Counted from the first letter of the stretch, positions 20,892-30,924 are shown. The stretch is 64,000 nt of DNA from Cyanophyceae cyanobacterium (GCA_050331735.1 JBHJGN010000029.1:1-64000); one strand, 5' to 3'. Numbers and translations are program-made. Notes: a model not told the origin generated them from the letters alone.

Positions 20892-22634
20892 ATGACTCTT
20901 ACGACTACTCATCCTCGTGACGTTCAAGTTGCCGAGATTGACAAAGATACAACAATTTTGCGATCGCGGACTTGGGAGCGACTCAAGTTTGAAGCCGAAT
21001 ATGCCCGTCAGCGGGGAACCACCGCTAATTCCTATCTCATTCGTGGCGAACGAACCGCTTTGATCGATCCGCCTGGACGGTCGTTTACCGAGACGTTTCT
21101 GCCAAAATTGCAGCAGCATCTCTCCTTAGAACAGCTAGAGTACATTATTTTGGGGCACGTCAATCCTAACCGCATGGCAACTCTAGAAGTCTTGATAGCC
21201 CAAGCTCCCCAAGCTACGTTAATCTGCTCTAAACCTGGGGCAAATGTGCTGCTAGCCGCCTTCCCCCAGTGGGCATCTAGTATTCAGTCGGTTCGTTCAG
21301 GAGACACCCTCGATTTAGGAGGAGGACACGAGCTACAGTTTGTCACGGTTCCGACTCCCCGTTGGGCTGATGGCCTGTGTACCTACGACCCCACAACTCG
21401 AATTCTCTACACCGATAAGTTCTTTGGCGTTCACGTCTGTGACGATGCTTTATTTGATGAAGACTGGAAGCAGCTCGATGGCGATCGCCGTTACTATTTC
21501 GACTGTCTGCACGCGATGCAGACTAAGCAAGTTACTACCGCCCTCGATAAATTAGAGCCGTTAGCCGCCCAGTGCTATGCTCCCGGTCACGGTCCAGTGG
21601 TGCGCTACAGCCGCAGCCGCTTAATGTATGATTACCGCCAGTGGTGTCAGCACCAAAAACAGTTGACAGTTGCGCTACTATATGCATCTGCCTATGGCAA
21701 TACCGCAACCCTTGCCGGGGCGATCGCTCAAGGACTGATTCAACACGACATTGCGGTGGAGTCGATCAACTGCGAACTAGCCGACCCGGCGGAAATCACC
21801 GCAACTCTTGAAGCTTGCGATGGCTTTATCATTGGCTCTCCAACCCTAGGAGGACACGCTCCTGTGCAGATTCAAACCGCGTTAGGCATTGTTCTATCGA
21901 CCGCTGCCAAAACAAAGCTAGCTGGGGTATTTGGTTCCTATGGCTGGAGTGGCGAAGCCGTTGACCTCATTGAAAACAAGCTGCGGGATGCCAACTACCG
22001 TTTGGGCATGGAAACGCTGCGAGTCCGGTTTAGCCCCACCGAGGAGACCTTGCAGGAAGCGCAAATAGTCGGGGCTAAGTTCGCCCAGGCGTTGAAAAAG
22101 CAGAAGAAACTGCGGAGTCCGGCTCAGGTGTTGACAGAGGCGCAGATTGACCGCACTGCCCAAGCCGTCGGGCGCATTGCTGGGTCTGTGTGTGTGCTGA
22201 CCACTCGTCACGGCGACTCCCACCAGGGGATTCTCACGTCCTGGGTTAGCCAAGCCACCTTTAATCCTCCGGGTTTGATGATTGCGCTAACTGAGGAGCA
22301 GATCGATTGGGGCGCGGTAGGAGATCCTTGTGTTCTCAATATCCTCAAAGAAGGACGCTTCCTGCGACGGCATTTTTCCGAGCGAGCGGTTCCCGGTGCG
22401 AATCCTTTTACCTCCCTCGATACCCGCGAAGCCACCAATGGATGCTTAATTTTGAGCGACGCACTCGCGTACCTCGAATGCACTGTTGATAACCGGATGC
22501 AGTGTGGCGATCGCCCTCAAGGCGGTGCCGGAGGCAATTGCTGGTTAATCTATGCGGTTATTAATCAAGGAGAAATTCTGGCAGAAGATGGCATCACGGC
22601 GATTCAACACCGGAAATCCGGGAGTCATTATTAG
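20892..22634 (+). CDS. flv2: Flavodiiron protein Flv2
   Basis: RSRTWERLKFEAEYARQRGTTANSYLI; third gene of the flv4-2 operon. Confidence 0.88.
   Translation: MTLTTTHPRDVQVAEIDKDTTILRSRTWERLKFEAEYARQRGTTANSYLIRGERTALIDPPGRSFTETFLPKLQQHLSLEQLEYIILGHVNPNRMATLEVLIAQAPQATLICSKPGANVLLAAFPQWASSIQSVRSGDTLDLGGGHELQFVTVPTPRWADGLCTYDPTTRILYTDKFFGVHVCDDALFDEDWKQLDGDRRYYFDCLHAMQTKQVTTALDKLEPLAAQCYAPGHGPVVRYSRSRLMYDYRQWCQHQKQLTVALLYASAYGNTATLAGAIAQGLIQHDIAVESINCELADPAEITATLEACDGFIIGSPTLGGHAPVQIQTALGIVLSTAAKTKLAGVFGSYGWSGEAVDLIENKLRDANYRLGMETLRVRFSPTEETLQEAQIVGAKFAQALKKQKKLRSPAQVLTEAQIDRTAQAVGRIAGSVCVLTTRHGDSHQGILTSWVSQATFNPPGLMIALTEEQIDWGAVGDPCVLNILKEGRFLRRHFSERAVPGANPFTSLDTREATNGCLILSDALAYLECTVDNRMQCGDRPQGGAGGNCWLIYAVINQGEILAEDGITAIQHRKSGSHY
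22510..22536 (+). repeat. 27-nt in-frame HIP1-site element inside flv2
   Basis: GCG|ATCGCCCTCAAGGCGGTGCCGGAGGCA|ATTGC adds 9 aa where the Flv4 paralog has CSDHW. Confidence 0.75.
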
Positions 22635-22731
22635 CTTGCTAAAGACAGCACCCAAAACGCCTTCCGGGTGAACGTTTTGTCAAGAGAAGGCAGCGGTTTT
22701 TCCCTCCTGCCCTCCGAGGCAGAAGCCTCGG

Positions 22732-23604
22732 TCAAGGATTGCAGCGTAAGCATTGGGCGGGGTCGGCTGCCTCTTGCCCTTCTGGAAACAACGTTTCGCG
22801 GCTCAAACCACATTTTTGGCATCGGCGGGTAACGGCTAGAGTTAAATCGGTGGGAAACCCGCACCAGGCACAGGGTAATCCAGCTTGGCGTTCAACGGTC
22901 ACAAATCCCGGACAGTTGCACTGAGGACAGCCCTGGCTCACTTTGTCAACCAGGTCGTGAGTGGCTTGAGCGATGACGTTCATCCGCGTCGGATTGTACA
23001 TTGCTCGCATATCGGTTTCCAGGTGTGCCTGTCCAAACCTTTTCAGTAACTCGGTGACTACTTCCGTTAGTTGAGCTTCTTGTGTAATCCCTTTAACAAT
23101 GCGAGAGGATTGCCTTGGCTGTGCGTCTGTCATAACCACTAACCCATGACTGGGAAAGCCAACTTTTTGAGCAAAGGTGAGGGCGGCTTTTAGGCTGGTT
23201 ACTTGCTGATGGCTATAGTTGGTGTTGGTCGAAACCGCTTGACCCACAATTTCCAGGTTATGAGTGCGATCGCTCAATAAGACTATTTCACAGTCGCAGG
23301 CAACGAAGGGAAGCGAGGGATGAGGTCCGAAACTCCCCTCGCTGGCAAAGGCAAGGGATAATCCAGTTAGTGTCATGGCTGAGTCCGCTTTGAGTCTGGC
23401 AGTATGGCGTTGCTCTCCAGGACGCCTAATATCCCGAGTGAAGGTGCCAAACTCGTCGGTATTGATTCCTTGGGGCACGACAATTTGTACTCCGAGATTA
23501 GATTCCACAATGGGAGTAATGACCCGTTCCTTTTGGTGCATAGTTGCTAATACACCTGTTCTGTCATCGAACATCTGAGATGGTGAATTACTCATTATTG
23601 TCAA
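22732..23604 (-). CDS. DUF6671-like protein with C-terminal CxxC motifs
   Basis: LATMHQKE, FASEGSFGPHP and ETDMRAMYNPTRM motifs; four CxxC pairs. Confidence 0.7.
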   Translation of the reverse strand: MTIMSNSPSQMFDDRTGVLATMHQKERVITPIVESNLGVQIVVPQGINTDEFGTFTRDIRRPGEQRHTARLKADSAMTLTGLSLAFASEGSFGPHPSLPFVACDCEIVLLSDRTHNLEIVGQAVSTNTNYSHQQVTSLKAALTFAQKVGFPSHGLVVMTDAQPRQSSRIVKGITQEAQLTEVVTELLKRFGQAHLETDMRAMYNPTRMNVIAQATHDLVDKVSQGCPQCNCPGFVTVERQAGLPCAWCGFPTDLTLAVTRRCQKCGLSRETLFPEGQEAADPAQCLRCNP

Positions 23605-24134
23605 GGCTAACCCCAGCCCACTACAGCAGATGAGCGGGCAAGCATCAATTTGCTCTTTGTAAATTCCAAAGGTATTTTCCTTGCTTTTATAACAATATTC
23701 TATTGCTAGCAGAAAGAATCTGCATACACTTTAATATAAAATCGTCAATCAATTTTCCTGCTTTCTCTTCTGTTATTTTGTGATGAAAGCGCACCTTGGC
23801 AAAGCTCAAATACTACCAGACATAGAAACAACTTGCTTGATAAAAGACTATCTTAAACGTGGGAAGCAAAACTTTAATTTTGTGTACGCTACAGAACAAA
23901 CTTTACAGGAGCCAGTCAGTAAACTGGGGGGGCTAGGCAGACTTCTGGGTATTTTTTCCCAAGGCAAGTGTTCTCTGCATGTCGCCACAATTATCAGTGG
24001 GTAAGCTGAGAGCCTATCGCTCAAGCAAGAGTTTTTAGCATCAGCTAGAATCTTCACATGAACAGCTCGTAACTCGCTCGAGCTGTTTCTCAAGATCGCA
24101 AAAGTAAGTAGTAAAATACAGTTCCGCCCTTCAA

Positions 24135-24320
24135 ATGTTGGAAATTGGCACTTTAATTCAGGTTATTTATCCTCAGTACGCAGCAGGAATTCAGGGAAAG
24201 CTACTGGCTAGGGAGCAAGCAGGACGCTGGATAGTGAGTTTAGACTGCGCCGACGAGCGAGAACCACTGTTGCTGTCGTTGGAAGAATCAGATTTTATTA
24301 GAGTTAACGCTCCTCAATAG
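24135..24320 (+). CDS. Small hypothetical protein
   Basis: ATG start, intergenic, compact beta-rich-looking sequence ending LLSLEESDF. Confidence 0.55.
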   Translation: MLEIGTLIQVIYPQYAAGIQGKLLAREQAGRWIVSLDCADEREPLLLSLEESDFIRVNAPQ

Positions 24321-24542
24321 AGCTAGCCGCGATTCGCGAACGCGACTGATAGGTGCAGCATTATCTAAGCGCGATCGCCCAAGAAGCTCGCTGAAGAAGG
24401 GCTATGGCCTTCACACTATCGGCCAAGTGGTGGTTGAATACTGTAAATTGTGTCTGATGTGCAACGACTAATTGCGGCTTCGCTATACCAAGGTTAAATA
24501 AAGGTTAATATACGATTAATTTAAAATAAGGCTAAAAAAATT

Positions 24543-24800
24543 ATGCTTTTGTCTTCTTCAGCTCAAGAGAAACGAAACTTTCTTTACCCAAAAAGCCGCT
24601 ATCACGGTCAAGTAAAGCCAGAAAACTTGGTGTTCAACGCCAATCTACAGGAATTCGCTCAGCAGGTCAGCTATGTCTGCAATCTATCTACTAGCGGCAA
24701 GCTGACAAGTCAAGAAGCCTATTCACAGATTCAGTCCCTCTGGAAACAGCTAAAACAGTCTAAAAAGCAGCTTGGTATGCCTTCCATAGACAAGGAATGA
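24543..24800 (+). CDS. Conserved cyanobacterial hypothetical protein
   Basis: FLYPKSRYHG..KPENLVFNANLQEFAQ motif recognised from cyanobacterial proteins. Confidence 0.8.
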   Translation: MLLSSSAQEKRNFLYPKSRYHGQVKPENLVFNANLQEFAQQVSYVCNLSTSGKLTSQEAYSQIQSLWKQLKQSKKQLGMPSIDKE

Positions 24801-24904
24801 GGGTCAATCGCTCAAGCTCAACTGAGCGCGAGTTGAAACTGATATCAAATTCGGGTTTAAAAATTCACTTATATCCTGTTGATGCGTGTGAATGACGATG
24901 GCCG

Positions 24905-26095
24905 TTATCGTTCTGCTGGGCGGCGATCGCCGTGTAAAAAGAAGGCGATTTTGTGAGCGGCAGCTTCTAAAATAGGAGGCTCATGCACTAGGGCAAAGCG
25001 AACGTATCCTTCCCCTGCTTTTCCAAAGCCAGCTCCAGGAGAAGCGGCCACTCCTGTTGCGGCGACTAGCTCCGTACAAAACTGTACCGAGTTGTTTTGC
25101 CAGGGAGGCGGGAGCTTGGCCCAAACATACATGGTGGCGGGGGGAGTGGCTACCTGCCAGCCAACGCGGTGCAGAGCTTCCACAAAAGCATCCCTTCTTT
25201 GTTTAAAAATCGCGGCGTTCTTCTGCACCAATTCGGGAGGACTTTGCAGCGCGGCGATCGCCCCATTCAAAATCCCTCGATACTGGTTAAAATCAATGAC
25301 CGCTTTAACCTGCCGCAGCGCCCCAATTAGTTCGGCATTTCCAATAGCGAAGCCAATCCGAAACCCGCCCATATTGTAGGATTTGGAAAAGGTAAAAAAC
25401 TCAATAGCCAGCTCTTTACCCGTATCTGCCTGAAAAACCGATGGAGGCACTGTGCCGTCAAAAACGATATCGACGTAGGGAAAATCGTGAACCAGCACCA
25501 GGTCGTGCTGGCGACAAAACGCCACAGCTTCAGCAAAGAAAGACAGCGGGGCGATCGCCGTTGTCGGATTATGGGGATAGCTCAACACCATCATCCGCGC
25601 CTGCGCCAGCACAACAGCGGGAATTGCCTCAAACTTGGGTAAAAACTGATTTTCGGCAAGCAGCGGCATCGGATAAATCTGTCCGCCGGCTAAATAAACC
25701 CCCCCGGCATGAGACGGATATCCGGGATCTTGCAGCAGAGCAACATCTCCAGGATTGAGTAGCGCCAGAGGTAAATGGGCGGTTCCTTCCTGACAGCCGA
25801 TGAGCTGTAGCACTTCCGTTTGGGTATCCACCGCCACCCCAAATTTTTCCCGATACCAGTGAGCCGCTGCTTCCCTAAACGCCTGAGTTCCGTGATGAAG
25901 CAGATACCCGTGTGTACTCGGGTCGCGCAAAGATTTTTCAATTGCCGCTAATATCGGTTCAGACACTTCTAAATCCGAGGAGCCTAGCGACACATCAATA
26001 ATCTCTTGGCCTGCATCTCGCGCTTGAGCTTTGGCGCGATCCATATCGGCAAACACATTAGTTTGCAAGAACTGTAGGCGGTTAGCAAACTGCAT
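24905..26095 (-). CDS. PLP-dependent class I/II aminotransferase (LL-DAP aminotransferase-like)
   Basis: LSYPHNPT, HDFPY and FTFSKSYNMGGFRIG motifs. Confidence 0.88.
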   Translation of the reverse strand: MQFANRLQFLQTNVFADMDRAKAQARDAGQEIIDVSLGSSDLEVSEPILAAIEKSLRDPSTHGYLLHHGTQAFREAAAHWYREKFGVAVDTQTEVLQLIGCQEGTAHLPLALLNPGDVALLQDPGYPSHAGGVYLAGGQIYPMPLLAENQFLPKFEAIPAVVLAQARMMVLSYPHNPTTAIAPLSFFAEAVAFCRQHDLVLVHDFPYVDIVFDGTVPPSVFQADTGKELAIEFFTFSKSYNMGGFRIGFAIGNAELIGALRQVKAVIDFNQYRGILNGAIAALQSPPELVQKNAAIFKQRRDAFVEALHRVGWQVATPPATMYVWAKLPPPWQNNSVQFCTELVAATGVAASPGAGFGKAGEGYVRFALVHEPPILEAAAHKIAFFLHGDRRPAER

Positions 26096-26213
26096 CTTTT
26101 ATTCGTTGACCGTCATTTCTTTGTATCCTAACGCGGAAGATCAGTGAGCCGTGACCAGCGATCGGTGACCGATTTATGCAACTCATCTAAGCTTATTCAT
26201 TGCTCGTTGTTGA

Positions 26214-26540
26214 CTAGTTTAAGTAGCCATCGAGAATGGCCTGTAGCTGCTGCTTGCCGATCGCTCCTTCGTGAGATTTAATCAAATCGTTGTTTTTATA
26301 AAGTCTTAAAGCCGGAACTCCCTCTACGCTACATTTAGCAACAGCATCAGGATTGGGATCGACTTCTAGCTTAACCACCTTCAGGCGATCACCGTAGGTT
26401 TCTGCGGCCCAATTAATTGAGGGCGATACGAGGCGGCATGGGCCACACCAATCGGCCCAAAAATAAACCAGCACAGGCTTTTGGGAATTAAATACCTGAC
26501 TTTCAAAGTCAGCATCAGTGACTTCGACAACACTGCTCAC
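26214..26540 (-). CDS. Thioredoxin (x-type-like)
   Basis: WCGPC active site; KPVLVYFWA. Confidence 0.92.
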   Translation of the reverse strand: MSSVVEVTDADFESQVFNSQKPVLVYFWADWCGPCRLVSPSINWAAETYGDRLKVVKLEVDPNPDAVAKCSVEGVPALRLYKNNDLIKSHEGAIGKQQLQAILDGYLN

Positions 26541-26584
26541 AAATTGCTCTCCCTTAAATTAACTTCGATTAAACGATTAGTTCT

Positions 26585-26623
26585 AGTTACCAGTTACCAG
26601 TTGTTGACTGGCTACTGGTCACT
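26585..26623. repeat. Heptamer-repeat hairpin downstream of vipp1
   Basis: AGTTACCAGTTACCAGTT...ACTGGCTACTGGTCACT, inverted 7-nt-period repeats. Confidence 0.5.
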
Positions 26624-26632
26624 GCTTACTAC

Positions 26633-27391
26633 TCACTGATTAAGCTGCGAGCGCAGCGCTTCTAGCTCAGCATCTACTTCTGATGAGGAGTCCTGCTGTT
26701 GGGATGGTGGCAGAGACTGCTGCTGCGGGGAAGCGCCGGATAGCTGAGCTTTCATAGCGCTTAATTCATCTTCCACGTCACTGCCAGCTTCTAGCTGCGC
26801 GAACTGCTGTTCAATCCCGGAACCGGCTAGTTCTCCGGCTGCCTCAGAAACCGCTTCCATTTCCATCACTTTGGCTTCCATGCGTTCAAAAGCGGCAGTA
26901 GCGGAGCTAGTGTTGATGCCGCTCAAGGTATCCTGGAGCTGCTGATTGGCTTTAGCGGCGTTCGCTCGCGCCCGGAGCATATCTTTCTTGGTTTTGGCCT
27001 CCGAAATTTTGCTTTCTAGGGCAATCAGGTTGCGTTTGAGAGTATCTACCTGGGCTGCCTGCTGATCGAGCTGTTGCTTGAGCACTCCGGCTGTGTCCGC
27101 AAAAGATTTCTTGCGCGTCAGCGCTTCGCGGGCCAAATTTTCATCTCCTTTCGACAGCGCGAGTTGCGCTCGCTGCTGCCATTTATTGGCTTCGGACTGA
27201 TTGTTGTTATACTGTTGCTCTGTCCGCTTTTGGGCGGCGATCGCCTTGGCCACAGCCTGACGGAGCTGTACCAGGTCTTGCTGCATGTCAATCACTGTTT
27301 GCTCCAGCACTTTGTCTGGATCTTCGGCTTTGCTAACTAGGTCATTGACGTTGGCTCGAACAACTCTGCTAATGCGGTCGAATAGTCCCAT
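26633..27391 (-). CDS. vipp1: Vipp1/IM30
   Basis: MGLFDRISRVVRANVNDLVSKAEDP N-terminus; C-terminal extension VDAELEALRSQL. Confidence 0.92.
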   Translation of the reverse strand: MGLFDRISRVVRANVNDLVSKAEDPDKVLEQTVIDMQQDLVQLRQAVAKAIAAQKRTEQQYNNNQSEANKWQQRAQLALSKGDENLAREALTRKKSFADTAGVLKQQLDQQAAQVDTLKRNLIALESKISEAKTKKDMLRARANAAKANQQLQDTLSGINTSSATAAFERMEAKVMEMEAVSEAAGELAGSGIEQQFAQLEAGSDVEDELSAMKAQLSGASPQQQSLPPSQQQDSSSEVDAELEALRSQLNQ

Positions 27392-27573
27392 AACGCTATT
27401 TATCCTCAGGGGAAGTGTACAAAGGCAGCAGGCTCAAAAACGCTAGCCCACATCATCAATATTAGTGCCACTATTGTCTAAATATTTTCTAGTTTAAACT
27501 ACTCTACAGTAAGTACTGCTAGCGATGTAGGCTTTCATCTCTTGTAGAAACGACGATTTCACTGTCGTTGTGT

Positions 27574-28260
27574 TCATTCTTGTTGGGAATTTGATAACGA
27601 TTCAGCATCGGAAAGTTTTCCCGACATTTGATTCATGGGGAAATCGGGATTTGGCGTGTTTTCGAGAGCCGCAAATTTTTCCTCTAGATCGTCAGTGCCT
27701 ACCGCAGCGGCTTCTGATTGAGCTTCTAACGTCAACACTTTTTCTTCCATCCGCTCAAAGGCGCTCACCGCACTCCCAGAATCTACGGAACCATTGAGCT
27801 CACGCATTTTTTGGGAAACGGCAGCCGAACGCGCTCTGGCAATAAACAGGTCTTTTTTATTTCTAGCGGCGGCAATTTTATCCTCTAAGGCTCTCATTTC
27901 TTGCTTGAGCCTGTGCACAACGCTCCTGTGCTGTTCAATCTGCTCTGCCAGCGTCCGGGAGGAGTTTTGATACGATTGCCCTCGAGTGAGAGCCTCTCTG
28001 GCTAAAGATTCCTCTCCTTTTTCTAAGGCTAGCTGCGCTCGCTGTCGCCATTGCTGAGCAATGGCGTTGTTTTGCGCCACCTGGCGCTCGGTGCGCTTTT
28101 GGGTGGCGATCGCAATCGCGACCGCCTGCCGCATTTCAATGAGATTTTGCTGCATCTCTAGAACAGTTTGTTCCAAGACGGCTTCTGGATCTTCCCCTCG
28201 TTCGCTCAGCTCTCTAATCTGGGCGCGAATTAATCGCCAAGTCCGCTCCAGCAAGCTCAT
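27574..28260 (-). CDS. pspA: PspA/IM30-family paralog
   Basis: EDPEAVLEQ...LAREAL...SAFERMEEKV; lacks the Vipp1 C-terminal helix. Confidence 0.8.
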   Translation of the reverse strand: MSLLERTWRLIRAQIRELSERGEDPEAVLEQTVLEMQQNLIEMRQAVAIAIATQKRTERQVAQNNAIAQQWRQRAQLALEKGEESLAREALTRGQSYQNSSRTLAEQIEQHRSVVHRLKQEMRALEDKIAAARNKKDLFIARARSAAVSQKMRELNGSVDSGSAVSAFERMEEKVLTLEAQSEAAAVGTDDLEEKFAALENTPNPDFPMNQMSGKLSDAESLSNSQQE

Positions 28261-28328
28261 TGCGTTTCCTTACCTTTGATGCCACCAAGATCGATCGTAT
28301 CTTAGAGACACGCCAGAAATGTAAAAAA

Positions 28329-29438
28329 TTATGAATCAGCGCGATAAACGGCAGCAGCAATGCCCGCCTGTTTGAGCGTTTTAACTAACTGGTGCGCCTC
28401 TTCCGGCTGGGAAAAAGCGCCAAGCTGAATCCGGACTCCTTCAGCAAATCGAGCGAGTGAGGCAGTGGGAATTTTTGCCTGCGCGGCTTCTAAAGAAAAC
28501 TCGTCAGTATAGGGAGCCAATACGTAATAGTAATTTGATTTAACTTCGGCAATCGGAGCATCAGGCGGCTGAGTTTGTTTGAGAATCGGAGCCGGAGCTG
28601 ACGATTCTGGAGATGAAACACTCTGCTGAGGACGCAGGGAAGGAGGCAGCAGGGCGCTCGTTAGGTCAGAATAGGGCGACTCCAGCTCGGGTTGAGGGGC
28701 TGATTCTCCAGGAGCGGCAGGAACCGGCGGAACCGGCACAGGAACCGATGGGCGAGGAGCGATCGCTTCATTCGCTAGCTTACTGGCATCATCAACGACT
28801 GGTGTCTCAGGTTTGGAGCCATTGGTATCAGCGGACGAGGATTCTTGATTAGAGCGCTTAGCCAAGTTTGCGGTTCTCAACCGTGCTGGAGCAAACCGGG
28901 CAACTACCAACAGAGCACTAGCAGCACCGATTAATAACAGGGCACTGATGCCGAGAAGAGCCAGTCGATTTCTGCTGTTCTGCTGCGGAGTTGAAGCGAG
29001 TTGACCTGTATCGGCAGCGGTCGGCTCGTCATCGGCAATGGCGGGGCTTGGAGACGGCAAGCGATTGGCCTCCTTAACATCCGGTTCCAGCGCTTGGGTC
29101 ATCTTTCCTTCCTGAGTTTGGCTTTCCTCAACAGTCGGCGGCAAACTCATTGTCTCCTCGCTACTCTGGGCTTCTATTAAACGCTTTGGCAACACAACTG
29201 CCTGCGTCATCCGAGGAACATTGGTTGTTAAAGCGGTAGCAGGTAGTGCGGCTTCCTCTTTTGCTATCTCCGGTAGCGAGGAGAACTCGGTAGATGGGGA
29301 AGCTGGCAAGGAGAGGAGTTGATGCTGCTGACTCTGGTAGCGAGCAATTTCCTCATCTTGCCGCAGGTTCAAGCTGCTGAGCGCAGCCTTTAAAAGTGGA
29401 TGAGGCAGTACGGGTTCTGATGTTGAGGGCTTATCCAT
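28329..29438 (-). CDS. Membrane-anchored SPOR-like domain protein
   Basis: One TM helix, Pro/Ser-rich linker, C-terminal RIQLGAFS...LKQAGI. Confidence 0.7.
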   Translation of the reverse strand: MDKPSTSEPVLPHPLLKAALSSLNLRQDEEIARYQSQQHQLLSLPASPSTEFSSLPEIAKEEAALPATALTTNVPRMTQAVVLPKRLIEAQSSEETMSLPPTVEESQTQEGKMTQALEPDVKEANRLPSPSPAIADDEPTAADTGQLASTPQQNSRNRLALLGISALLLIGAASALLVVARFAPARLRTANLAKRSNQESSSADTNGSKPETPVVDDASKLANEAIAPRPSVPVPVPPVPAAPGESAPQPELESPYSDLTSALLPPSLRPQQSVSSPESSAPAPILKQTQPPDAPIAEVKSNYYYVLAPYTDEFSLEAAQAKIPTASLARFAEGVRIQLGAFSQPEEAHQLVKTLKQAGIAAAVYRADS

Positions 29439-29775
29439 AACGGCTCACACAATGGGAATCGAGTGACTTTATTGGAAAGAGAGCCGAGAATTGAACGGGA
29501 TTGCGGAAAAGAGCTTGTGCTCATGTCGCTGCCCGCAGTGTTGATGGTCAATTCTCTTGACTGTGAAAGAGGGACTCGGCACTTGGTTCGCTGCCAGTGT
29601 ATTACAGATTTTAGGAAACGAGTACTAATTTACGTCAGGAAGTATTCCGACAGGGATTTGTTAGTCACAGTTAGCCGAAAGATTAACAACTGCTTTAATT
29701 GAAGAAGGAAAGTAGAAAGAACCAGCATTTTGCTCGATTTCCGACTCCTGACTCTAATTACCTCTTGTTACTGAA

Positions 29776-30297
29776 GTGTCTTTTGATTCTCTTGACCATG
29801 TTTTAGAGGCGATCGCCTTGCCCAACTCACAGCAGCACTGCCTGCTTGAAGCTTGGCATACCGTTGTTAAACCACAGGTGGCTCGGCACACTCGCCCGCT
29901 CTACGTTCAGCGTCAGGTCTTGTGGGTGGCCACTGCTAGCTCGGTCTGGGCGCAGACGCTCTCACTCCAGCGCTATTCCCTCCTCAAAAAACTCAACGCT
30001 CAGCTTGATGAACTCCTGGTAGAAATTCGTTTTTCTCCGGCCCAGTGGCATCAATCGAGTCCTGCATCTCCAGATACTGCCTCCCGAGAGCACCCAAGCC
30101 ACCTCGAGCGCGAAATTCGTGACTTGCTGCCGCAGTTGCCAGCAGGAGACAATCCTCATGCGGCCTTTCAACGATGGGCTACGACAGTTCAAGCGCGATC
30201 GCACAGTTTACCCGGCTGTCCTCAGTGCCAGTGTCCAACTCCACCAGGAGAACTTCAGCGCTGGGGAATGTGTATTCATTGCTTGGCTAAGCAGTAG
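29776..30297 (+). CDS. DUF721/DciA-family protein with Zn ribbon
   Basis: W..VV...VARHTRP...LWVATASSVWAQTL; CPQC...CIHC. Confidence 0.8.
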   Translation: MSFDSLDHVLEAIALPNSQQHCLLEAWHTVVKPQVARHTRPLYVQRQVLWVATASSVWAQTLSLQRYSLLKKLNAQLDELLVEIRFSPAQWHQSSPASPDTASREHPSHLEREIRDLLPQLPAGDNPHAAFQRWATTVQARSHSLPGCPQCQCPTPPGELQRWGMCIHCLAKQ

Positions 30298-30924
30298 GCA
30301 GAAAAAACACTTAAACTTTCGCCCCACTGCCCACTTCACCCTGTTTTATCTAATTCCACCTAGCTATTTAATACCATTTACCGAAAGTAGTCAGATAGTT
30401 CCCAAACCAACCAACAATTGGAGGTTCAAGGGCAAAGAGCTGCGGTGCTTCCCTTTCCCCCAACTCATCAAGTCTCCTATTACTTTTTCTAATTGGTATA
30501 AGTCACCCTCCTCTCTGGGTTCAACTCCTATGGGTAACTAGTAAAAAACACGGAAGTTACTATCCATCAAAAGATGGATGACTGATAAACAGCGGTAAAT
30601 ACTGAGACTAAAGTTTAGCTTTTGAAAAATGTTTGTCCTTAAAGGATAATGGCACCAAAGTCACTATTTCTCTAGATCAATCTGCATTTTTGTTGATCCC
30701 TACTGAACTATCCCGGCTTTCTTGTAGCTCAGATTACAATTTTTCCCTGTTTTAAAAGCTGTGTATCTGTTTATTACTTAATAATAAAGAAAAAATTAAA
30801 AACCCTTACTGGTTGGGGATCGCTTAATCCCCTGCTGAATAATGCCTGGAAGGGGGTATTGAGGCATTCTTAAAGCGGTCAAAATAAAGAAGACCCGACA
30901 AAATCATTGAGCGAAAAGCTTTAA

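Noticed and set aside
23780..24093. Two overlapping opposite-strand ORFs (74 and 81 aa)
   Set aside because: No motifs or RBS; probably promoter DNA.
30480..30540. tRNA-like words (CTAATTGGTATAAG and GGGTTCAACTCC)
   Set aside because: No anticodon arm or acceptor stem can be formed.
29463..30541. ORFs 29463..29702 and 30119..30541
   Set aside because: One lies in a divergent promoter region and the other overlaps DUF721; neither has supporting features.
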